From the NCBI GenBank assembly GCA_019752815.1, contig JAIELQ010000003.1, positions 18,722 to 82,721 of the forward strand: DNA of 64,000 nucleotides. The letters run 5' to 3'. The translations under genes were made by a program, and so were the position numbers. This DNA is from Patescibacteria group bacterium. GTDB taxonomy: Bacteria > Patescibacteriota > Minisyncoccia > Phycocordibacterales > UBA918. Under the pieces are notes generated by a model. It worked only from the letters and a program-made list of their open reading frames with translations, made no database searches and was not told where the DNA came from. Below, in pieces: positions 56,985 to 64,000 of the stretch (its first letter is position 1; every line of letters starts with the position of its first letter).

Positions 56985-57046
56985 GCTTCAGGCGACACGA
57001 AAAAACATCCCGAAGGATGTCTTTTCTACTCGCTGACTGTCTGGGA
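56985..57046. repeat. ~55-bp direct repeat copy 1 (terminator hairpin aaaaaaCATCCcgaaGGATGtctttt plus a degenerate tRNA-Gln 3'-like tail)
   Basis: 40/41-nt identity with 58605-58645. Copy 2 continues into an exact 22-nt tRNA-Gln 3'-end duplicate. Confidence 0.6.
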
Positions 57047-57074
57047 CAATATAAGGATTTTAATATAAATGTGC

Positions 57075-57920
57075 CTAACCCTTTATTCCTTCTGTAAGTT
57101 TAATAATCTGTGGAGCAGTATTTGATTGCGTATAGTCTACTCTGTATCTAACAAGTTGTGTGTAGGTCCAGGTATTAATTTTTGCATTAAGCCATCTGAC
57201 TCGTATTTCAGGAAAAACGAAATTTGCAGTTGAATCATACACTGTGGACATATTTATTTGCCTCGGTTGGCAATTAGCCAATACATACGAAATCTTGTTC
57301 TGTTCAGAAAAAAGTAGTTCTACCTCCATTTGTTCCGTCCCGATGCAATTTTTAGGTGGCGTAATTACGCCAGTAATTTTTATAGAACGATTACCAGTAC
57401 TTACCACATTCATCGTTGCCGTTACATCAGGTGAACTAAACAGAGGTGCTGGTCTTTTGGTATCTGTTTGAATAATTTCATTCTTGATAACAACTTCCGT
57501 GGTTGCAAGCACTCTGCCTTTCTTTGAATAGGCAACTGTGTACGTTCCATCCTTTTCATACACATGATCTACAACACCCTTACAGTCTGCTTTTGCTGAT
57601 TTTCCGTCTCCAAACGAGATTTTATATTCAGGCATTACTGAAACACACGTTGCCTGTCCTTGATATCTAAAAGTCACACCGTATTTATTAATTGTTTCAT
57701 CTACATAGTTACTCTTTCGTTCATATGTTAGGAATGGAGCCTTATTAGAAACTGCAGGCTTTGTAAGCAATGCTAATTGTTCTTGTAATTGCAAAAGTAA
57801 TTTTTGAAGCATTTCAATTTGTGCAGCGTTGTTGGAACTTACTGTTGCATGAACAGAAACTGGCATGAGAGTACTCATCGCTACAATTCCAATAAGTACT
57901 ATACAGATACATTTTTTCAT
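57075..57920 (-). CDS. secreted PKD-domain protein
   Basis: Signal peptide. PKD-like core ISFGDGKSAKADCKGVVDHVYEKDGTYTVAY. AT-rich. Confidence 0.5.
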   Translation of the reverse strand: MKKCICIVLIGIVAMSTLMPVSVHATVSSNNAAQIEMLQKLLLQLQEQLALLTKPAVSNKAPFLTYERKSNYVDETINKYGVTFRYQGQATCVSVMPEYKISFGDGKSAKADCKGVVDHVYEKDGTYTVAYSKKGRVLATTEVVIKNEIIQTDTKRPAPLFSSPDVTATMNVVSTGNRSIKITGVITPPKNCIGTEQMEVELLFSEQNKISYVLANCQPRQINMSTVYDSTANFVFPEIRVRWLNAKINTWTYTQLVRYRVDYTQSNTAPQIIKLTEGIKG

Positions 57921-57954
57921 ATACTAAAATTATACTATACACAGAAACTACAAT

Positions 57955-58479
57955 TTGAGTTTAGCTATGATATACAATTACTTCATGTATAGACTAATGA
58001 CTCTTTTTATTCTCAATCCAATAATCATATTTTGCTCGTATTTAGTTATTGGTTACTTTTTATTTAGCTTTTATGGCTGTACTCGAGGATGTGTGCAGAA
58101 TATCCCTTTTGAAATATTTGGGTTAGGATATGGATTCATATATTTTACAATATTAACGTTACCCTTTTCACTTATTGGCTGGCTTATTATTTTACCACTC
58201 TTAGTTATCGCTATACGTAATCACAGTTTACGCTTTACAATTAGTACACAAAATAAAATTGCACTCTTAATTGGTAGCTCATTAATTCCACTACCTGGAA
58301 TTATCTTTGTAATTAATCGAGCAAATCAACATCCGTATTATTGGGATGTAGTTCAAAAAGGCAGTGATGTGTCCTACCTAAGTTTCATTAGTGGTGACAT
58401 CATTTGGTATACCTGTCTTTATTTAGTATTTTTGTTAGCTGTTTATTTTTTGATTAAACTATACGAAAAAAAGATTTAG
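57955..58479 (+). CDS. hypothetical polytopic membrane protein (5 TM)
   Basis: ORF. AT-rich. Strongly hydrophobic. Confidence 0.4.
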   Translation: MSLAMIYNYFMYRLMTLFILNPIIIFCSYLVIGYFLFSFYGCTRGCVQNIPFEIFGLGYGFIYFTILTLPFSLIGWLIILPLLVIAIRNHSLRFTISTQNKIALLIGSSLIPLPGIIFVINRANQHPYYWDVVQKGSDVSYLSFISGDIIWYTCLYLVFLLAVYFLIKLYEKKI

Positions 58480-58597
58480 GACAGACTGACAGGGACTCGA
58501 AGCTTACATGTTCAGTACCCGTTGTCGCTCTTTTTTCAAAAGAGCTGGCAACGGCTTCGAGTCCGCGCAGACGCTTTCTTTCAGAAAGCTGCGCCTG

Positions 58598-58660
58598 TCA
58601 GGCAGCGATACGAAAAAACATCCCGAAGGATGTCTTTTCTACTCGCTGCCTGACAGGGAC
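58598..58660. repeat. direct repeat copy 2 plus partial tRNA-Gln 3'-end duplicate (ctgcctgacagggactcgaa)
   Basis: See copy 1. Further partial copies of the tRNA-Gln 3' end are at 58488-58503 and inverted at 58733-58748. Confidence 0.6.
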
Positions 58661-58814
58661 TCGAATTCTACGAATTCAGTATCCTGATTGGATACTTTTG
58701 TTCGCTTCGCTCCCAAAGTATGCTCAATCAGGCTTCGAGTCCCTGGCGCAAGGTGTCCCACACCTTGCTTCAGGCAGCACGAGAAAACCGCCAAAAGGCG
58801 GTTTAACTCTCGTG

Positions 58815-58885
58815 CTGCCTGACAGGGACTCGAACCCCAATAGCTGGTACCAAAAACCAGAGTCCTACCATTAGACGATCAGGCA
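58815..58885 (-). tRNA. tRNA-Gln (anticodon TTG)
   Basis: Manual fold: acceptor TGCCTGA/TCAGGCA (perfect), D-arm GTCTAATGGTAGGAC, anticodon stem CTGGT/ACCAG with loop TTTTGGT, T-loop TTCGAGT, discriminator G. Confidence 0.75.
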
Positions 58886-58957
58886 ATAAGTGCAGTGGCG
58901 AAACTGGTTTGGTTCACATTGGCTTTTGAAACGACCAACTATACCCTACCAATCTTT

Positions 58958-59000
58958 CTCGCCACCCAACACTTCAGGATTCGAACCTCAGACCCCAATG
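58958..59000 (-). repeat. tRNA-fragment-like minihelix (7-bp acceptor-like stem CAACACT/AGTGTTG enclosing a GGTTCGAATCC T-arm-like sequence)
   Basis: Read on the minus strand. No D or anticodon arms. Confidence 0.35.
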
Positions 59001-59065
59001 GAGTGTTGTTGCTGGGCAATAGTAGCTTATTTTGGGGATTTGTTCAACCGAGACTATGAACGGAT

Positions 59066-59356
59066 CTAGGCTTTACTTTTTTTATAACATTCAAGACATT
59101 TTAGGTTACTGGTGTCGCGCGGGGTAAATGGGAGGCTGGTAATAGCAGCACCACAACCACCGCAGGACCAATTTCCGGCTACTTTTGGTTTTTCACCTGC
59201 TGGGGCGTCTGATGACTGGGCTCCGTCAGCTGGTGCAGCATTTCGACTTTTGGCGAAACAGGCACTGCAAGTGAGGCCACTGTTACTACGGGGTTCAAAT
59301 GGTAGTTGGGTGATGGCTCCCCCACAGGTACTACAGGTCCAGTTTCCTTGATGCAT
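59066..59356 (-). CDS. small GC-rich protein with two tandem zinc-ribbon modules (GNW-C-x2-CG-AIT-LPF-PR...C-x2-C, twice)
   Basis: Internal 2x repeat of ~35 aa, each with CxxC...CxxC. GC markedly above the local background. Confidence 0.45.
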   Translation of the reverse strand: MHQGNWTCSTCGGAITQLPFEPRSNSGLTCSACFAKSRNAAPADGAQSSDAPAGEKPKVAGNWSCGGCGAAITSLPFTPRDTSNLKCLECYKKSKA

Positions 59357-59463
59357 ATGATTGGATTAAATTAAAGTTTATTTATAAGTATACACCCATC
59401 TTATAAGTGTTTTTCAGAGGCTTTAAATTGCGTTAATAACGCGAAGCGGGAGAATAATTTGGC

Positions 59464-59487
59464 GAGCCGTACCTATCGTACGGTGAG
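59464..59487. repeat. REP-like 3'UTR hairpin, family copy (GAGCCGTACctatcGTACGGTGAG) about 40 nt downstream of pyrG
   Basis: Same family as 10854, 32128 and 32317. Confidence 0.6.
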
Positions 59488-59527
59488 ATAAATTATTTGA
59501 ACCAGCGACAAAGTTAGTGACGTGATT

Positions 59528-61213
59528 TTAAGCCTTTGATTCGTAGGAGGCGCGAACGAAGGCAGTAAACAGAGGATGCGGCCTCAGTGGTCGTGCCATC
59601 AATTCCGGATGGAACTGAGTACCGACAAAAAACGGATGGTCAATTTTTGGTAATTCTACAATTTCCATTAACCTGCCATCAGGTGAGGTTCCTGAGAATA
59701 CCATACCGGCTTTTTCAATCGCCTCAATGTAGTCTGGATTAATCTCATAGCGGTGACGGTGACGTTCGGTAACTTCTGCCGATTTGTAGGCGAGAGCCGC
59801 TTGTGATTTAGGTTTTAGTTTTGCAACGTATGCCCCCAGACGCATCGTACCGCCCATATCTGATTTGGCAATTTTTTCTCGTTGTTCTGGCATGATACCG
59901 ACGACCAAATCAGCGGCTTTTGGATTTATCTCTTCGGTACTCGCATCTTTAAGTTTTAAGACATTGCGTGCATATTCTAGAACTGCTAATTGCATTCCGT
60001 AACAAATACCAAAATATGGGATTTTATTTTTGCGTACATATTCAATGACTTTGAGCTTACCCTCAATTCCCGTTTTACCAAAACCTCCTGGTACCAACAC
60101 CCCATCATATTTTTTGAGATCTGATAGTTTCTTACCATCTTCAAATTCAAGTGATGACCGGTACTCAATGATTGGTTTCAATCCTAGCTTGTAGGTAGAG
60201 TATTTAATGGCCTCAATCACTGAAATATATACGTCGGACAATACAAAATCTCCTGAAGTTAAATACTTCCCTACCACTGCAATTTTGACGGTATCTCGAC
60301 CATTTTTACTATGGGCTACAAACTGTTTCCAGCCGCGCAAATCTGAAGTTTTAGAGTGCTGCAGATTAAGTAACTCACACAATCGGGTTGATAGGTTGTC
60401 TTTTTCAAAATTAAGCGGAATGTCATAAATACTCGGGACGTCCGGTGCTGAAATAACATTCTCGATTTTTACATTGCAAAAACGTGAGATTTTCTCTTTT
60501 CGTTTTTGGTCCACTCCTACTGGACTACGTGCAATAATCACATCCGCAAATACCCCAGCATTATTTAAGGTACGTACCGCAGTTTGTGTCGGTTTAGTTT
60601 TCATTTCTCCGATACTCCCTGGCACCGGAAGATAACTCACCATAACCACCGCTACATTTTCAGGCATCTCACCCTTCATCATGCGGACCGCCTCAAGAAA
60701 CAACACATTTTGGTATTCACCCACCGTTCCACCGACTTCAATTAGTGTCACATCGGCATCGGCTAGTTGTGCTGCTGTTTTAATGCGAGCAATAACTTCA
60801 AGAGGAATATCCGGCACTACTTCAACGGTCTTACCTTTATATTCGAGATTTCGTTCTTTGCGGATTACTGACTGATAGACACTACCAGTCGTCATGTAGT
60901 TTACGCTTGGTAAATCAACATTAAGGAACCGTTCGTAGTTGCCCATGTCCTGATCTGTTTCTAGTCCATCGTGCAATACAAAACATTCCCCATGTTCGGT
61001 GGGGTTCATTGTGCCAGCGTCAACGTTAATGTATGGATCGACCTTGAGGGCGGTGACATTAAGTCCCCGCGCCTGCAGTATAAGAGCAATTGATGATGAG
61101 GTAATCCCTTTTCCGACACCACTCATCACCCCGCCGACGACAAAGATGAATTTAGATTGTTTAGTTTTTTGGGGAGAAATATTTTTCTTGGCAGTTTTAG
61201 TGACTTTCTTCAT
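59528..61213 (-). CDS. pyrG: CTP synthase
   Basis: N-terminal synthetase domain (FVVGGVMSGVGKGIT). C-terminal GATase with FGICYGMQ (catalytic Cys) and His/Glu. Confidence 0.95.
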   Translation of the reverse strand: MKKVTKTAKKNISPQKTKQSKFIFVVGGVMSGVGKGITSSSIALILQARGLNVTALKVDPYINVDAGTMNPTEHGECFVLHDGLETDQDMGNYERFLNVDLPSVNYMTTGSVYQSVIRKERNLEYKGKTVEVVPDIPLEVIARIKTAAQLADADVTLIEVGGTVGEYQNVLFLEAVRMMKGEMPENVAVVMVSYLPVPGSIGEMKTKPTQTAVRTLNNAGVFADVIIARSPVGVDQKRKEKISRFCNVKIENVISAPDVPSIYDIPLNFEKDNLSTRLCELLNLQHSKTSDLRGWKQFVAHSKNGRDTVKIAVVGKYLTSGDFVLSDVYISVIEAIKYSTYKLGLKPIIEYRSSLEFEDGKKLSDLKKYDGVLVPGGFGKTGIEGKLKVIEYVRKNKIPYFGICYGMQLAVLEYARNVLKLKDASTEEINPKAADLVVGIMPEQREKIAKSDMGGTMRLGAYVAKLKPKSQAALAYKSAEVTERHRHRYEINPDYIEAIEKAGMVFSGTSPDGRLMEIVELPKIDHPFFVGTQFHPELMARPLRPHPLFTAFVRASYESKA

Positions 61214-61219
61214 ACAACT

Positions 61220-62122
61220 TTATACACGTAGATAGCGGGTAATAGCGAGCACGCTCGATACGAGACCAAGCGTAACGCCGATGCCAATCAAGACCAAGAA
61301 TATATATGCGAAGTTATTTACAAAATATTCAAAGATGTTTACTTCAAAAAACTGAGCTGTTTTTGGACCGAGCCACAAGACAATTGGGTACAAAATGAGG
61401 AGAGCCAACACACCTGAGATTACACCATACATTACTCCCTGCAACATAAATGGACCACGAATGTACATGTTACTTGCTCCTACCAACCGCATAATGGAAA
61501 TTTCTTCTTTCGCAGTAAAGATTGCCAGACGAATAGTATTAAAGGTAATCAGAACTGAAGCCATAATAAGCACCATTAGTGCCACAAAACTGGCTTGTTC
61601 AACCGCATCAATAATTGAGGCTAATTTCCCGATTGATTCTTTGTTTTTCGTATAGTTAATTTCGTCAATGATAGGATTTTTTTGTTCTTCGAGATAGCGA
61701 TTTATACTTTCGTACTGGGAAGCTTCTTGGGCACGGATGGCAATAGTTGCTCCAAGCGGGTTTTCTCGCAACTCATCGAGTGCCTGCATTGCTACACTGT
61801 CATTTTGATTTTTAGCTCGATACTCTGCCAAAGCTTCATCTCGTGAAGTATATGTCACCTCCTGAACATCAGGGAGTGCCTTAACTGAATTAATGAGAGC
61901 ATCAATTTCTTCTTGCGGGGCTGTCGTTACAAAATAAACATTGATATCAACCTTGGCTTGCAGTTGCGAGAGAGATGCCCCGAGCAACTGATCAATCAGC
62001 ATGGTTGAACCAATCACAAAGAGCGCCACGGTAATGACAAATATTGAGGCGAGTGATACATACGCATTACGCCAAAACCCTACAAACCCCGCTTTAAAAA
62101 TTCTTCGAAGACTTGTTACCAT
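61220..62122 (-). CDS. ftsX: cell-division ABC transporter permease FtsX
   Basis: 4-TM topology with a large first extracellular loop. ~300 aa. Immediately downstream of ftsE. Confidence 0.8.
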   Translation of the reverse strand: MVTSLRRIFKAGFVGFWRNAYVSLASIFVITVALFVIGSTMLIDQLLGASLSQLQAKVDINVYFVTTAPQEEIDALINSVKALPDVQEVTYTSRDEALAEYRAKNQNDSVAMQALDELRENPLGATIAIRAQEASQYESINRYLEEQKNPIIDEINYTKNKESIGKLASIIDAVEQASFVALMVLIMASVLITFNTIRLAIFTAKEEISIMRLVGASNMYIRGPFMLQGVMYGVISGVLALLILYPIVLWLGPKTAQFFEVNIFEYFVNNFAYIFLVLIGIGVTLGLVSSVLAITRYLRV

Positions 62123-62133
62123 AGTAAATATAT

Positions 62134-62817
62134 TTATAGCACGTACTTACCTGTTTGGTCATCACGAACAATCCGTCCTCCATCCATGGTAATCACTCGC
62201 TTACCTAATTCGTCTATCACTCCTTTATTATGGGTCGTCATTACTACCGTTGTTCCCAGGTCATTAATTTTTCGCAAAATCTGCACTACTTCGTAGGTAG
62301 CAATTGGATCAAGATTTCCTGTTGGTTCATCCGCCACAATAATGTCTGGCTGATTCACAATTGCGCGAGCAATCGCTACTCGTTGTTTTTCACCGCCCGA
62401 CAGTTCATTGGGGAAATTCCACGCTTTATCTGAAAGATCAACGAGCGCAAGCGCCTGCGGAACATTCTCCGCAATTTCTTCGTCACTTCGACCATTAGCT
62501 TCCATAGCAAAGGCAATATTTTCATACGCCGTTTTATGAGGGAGTAATTTAAAGTCTTGGAAGACTGTTCCAATTTTTCGACGATATTGTGGCAGACGAG
62601 TGCGCGGAATTTTATGAATATCGAGTGATTCAAAGAAAACTTGTCCGTGAGTCGGAATGTCCTCGGCAATAATCATTTTCAGAAGTGTCGATTTCCCTGC
62701 TCCAGAATGTCCCACAATCGAAACGAACTCTTTGGGATCAATCTGAAACGTCACTTCTTCAATTGCAGCCGAGCGTCCTCCGTTGTAGAGCTTGGAAACA
62801 TTGTCAAAGTAAATCAT
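62134..62817 (-). CDS. ftsE: cell-division ATP-binding protein FtsE
   Basis: Walker A GHSGAGKST. ABC signature LSGGEKQRVAIARA. Walker B IIVADEPT. Confidence 0.85.
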   Translation of the reverse strand: MIYFDNVSKLYNGGRSAAIEEVTFQIDPKEFVSIVGHSGAGKSTLLKMIIAEDIPTHGQVFFESLDIHKIPRTRLPQYRRKIGTVFQDFKLLPHKTAYENIAFAMEANGRSDEEIAENVPQALALVDLSDKAWNFPNELSGGEKQRVAIARAIVNQPDIIVADEPTGNLDPIATYEVVQILRKINDLGTTVVMTTHNKGVIDELGKRVITMDGGRIVRDDQTGKYVL

Positions 62818-62829
62818 AGATACTCTATT

Positions 62830-63702
62830 TTACGCTACTACGGGGTGTGCGTCTAGGAAGACCTGTATATCACCGTCAAGAATCGGAGAGATGTTACGTA
62901 TTTCAACATTTGTACGATGATCTTTTACTAATTGATAGGGATGTAATACGTAGGAGCGAATCTGGCTACCCCATTCTATTTTTACTGTTTTCTCAATTGA
63001 AAGCCCAGCGAGTTCTCGAGCGCGCTGCGCCTCTTCAAAGGCAAATAGTTTCCCGGCTAACAGTTTCATTGCTAACTCACGATTTTGTTGCTGTGAGCGC
63101 TCAGTGGAGACATGGACAGAAATGTTTGTTGGAATATGAGTCATACGGACCGCCGTCTCACGTTTGTTCACGTTTTGCCCTCCTGCACCACCAGAGCGCG
63201 CAAAGGTGACGTCAATATCCGTTTCAGGAATAGTAACTGCCGAGAGATCGTCAATTTGTGGCGACACTTCAATCAATACAAAAGAAGTTTGCCGTTTGCC
63301 ATTACTATTAAACGGCGAAATGCGAACTAACCGGTGCACACCTGACTCTACTCGTAGTGTACCGTACGCATTTTTACCCTGAATCTCAAGTGTCAGGTTT
63401 CGATACCCACCGTTATCATTTTGGTTACTATCGACTTCAAGCACTCCCCACCCCCGACTGACCGCATATTTTTGATACATGTCGCGTAACATCCGAGCGA
63501 AGTCTTCGGCATCGTCCCCACCGGCACCAGCTACAATAGTCATCATGGCGTTGTTGCGATCATATTTTCCTTTTCCATCAGCTGAGTCTTTTAACTCCTG
63601 CAGCTCCTTTATCATTGCCTGAGCCTTTTGCGGATTCTGCCAAAAATCAGCCGCCAGCATGGCGGTTTCAATTTCGGTAATGCGGGGATTTTGGTCTGAC
63701 AT
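62830..63702 (-). CDS. prfB: peptide chain release factor 2. Compact N-terminus. Starts at MSDQNPRI with no programmed +1 frameshift segment.
   Basis: SPF tripeptide (RISPFNSNG). GGQ motif ([11 protein letters not shown]). The longer track ORF to 63810 runs through a terminator and tRNA-Thr and is an artefact. Confidence 0.8.
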   Translation of the reverse strand: MSDQNPRITEIETAMLAADFWQNPQKAQAMIKELQELKDSADGKGKYDRNNAMMTIVAGAGGDDAEDFARMLRDMYQKYAVSRGWGVLEVDSNQNDNGGYRNLTLEIQGKNAYGTLRVESGVHRLVRISPFNSNGKRQTSFVLIEVSPQIDDLSAVTIPETDIDVTFARSGGAGGQNVNKRETAVRMTHIPTNISVHVSTERSQQQNRELAMKLLAGKLFAFEEAQRARELAGLSIEKTVKIEWGSQIRSYVLHPYQLVKDHRTNVEIRNISPILDGDIQVFLDAHPVVA

Positions 63703-63720
63703 ACTTGAATGTAGTATACC

Positions 63721-63747
63721 AAAAAAATCCCATACTGGGATTTTTTG
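63721..63747 (-). terminator. terminator hairpin (aaaaaaaTCCCAtactTGGGAtttttt) between tRNA-Thr and prfB
   Basis: Hairpin with flanking A and T tracts. Confidence 0.6.
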
Positions 63748-63752
63748 TTTTG

Positions 63753-63825
63753 AGCCATCAAACAGAATCGAACTGTTGACCTTCGCCTTACCATGGCGAT
63801 GCTCTACCAACTGAGCTATGATGGC
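63753..63825 (-). tRNA. tRNA-Thr (anticodon GGT)
   Basis: Manual fold: acceptor GCCATCA/TGATGGC, D-arm TAGCTCAGTTGGTAGAGC, anticodon stem TCGCC/GGCGA with loop ATGGTAA, T-arm AACAGTTCGATTCTGTT. Confidence 0.8.
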
Positions 63826-64000
63826 TGACTACTCAAATATCTTGAGTGTTAGTATCCTACCAAAATAAACCGGGAACGCAAAATATTGGGCGAATAAATT
63901 CAATAGCAATTTTATACAGTTACTTTAATCGTAAATAAAAGTACCAAACGATAGATATAACTAAACCTAATACATTGATTAACTTCCAGAGTAAAAGCCA

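Noticed and set aside
63612-63810. Upstream extension of prfB and a 60-aa alternative-frame ORF that might represent an RF2 frame-0 leader with +1 frameshift
   Set aside because: The region is occupied by a terminator hairpin and tRNA-Thr. No CTTTGAC site is present. RF2 homology starts at 63702.
1-64000. CRISPR arrays, cas genes, reverse transcriptase/DGR, integrase, rRNA
   Set aside because: There are no regularly spaced direct repeats with unique spacers. No RT or recombinase motifs were seen in any long ORF. No rRNA-like sequence is present.

Overview
This 64-kb chromosomal window comes from a low-GC bacterium with compact genes. From the sequence I infer a Patescibacteria/CPR (Saccharibacteria-like) organism. 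Evidence: a minimal type IV pilus operon with no secretin or PilMNO, many small proteins, frequent tRNAs, a bacterial type-A RNase P RNA, and the standard genetic code (RF2 is present and ORFs stop normally at UGA). About 75 CDS are mostly housekeeping: glmS, valS, lepA, murJ, pyrG, tsaD, engB, trxB, ftsE, ftsX, prfB, mltG, rlmB, mgtE and two NUDIX genes. Other content includes a 7-gene pilus operon, a Phd/RelE-like toxin-antitoxin pair with a palindromic operator, 7 tRNAs (Ser, Glu, Val, Phe, Arg, Gln, Thr) and rnpB. Accessory signal sits next to the tRNAs. There are GC-rich or AT-rich islets, tRNA 3'-end duplications that look like att remnants, a REP-like 3'UTR hairpin family with one MITE-like inverted pair, and other short repeat families. 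The most likely uncharacterised system is a four-gene cluster: ZIP transporter, MinD/CooC-like deviant Walker-A ATPase with a CxH motif, a GC-rich Cys-rich unknown protein, and a Fur-family regulator. I propose it is a zinc-responsive metallochaperone cassette. No CRISPR array, reverse transcriptase, integrase or rRNA was seen.
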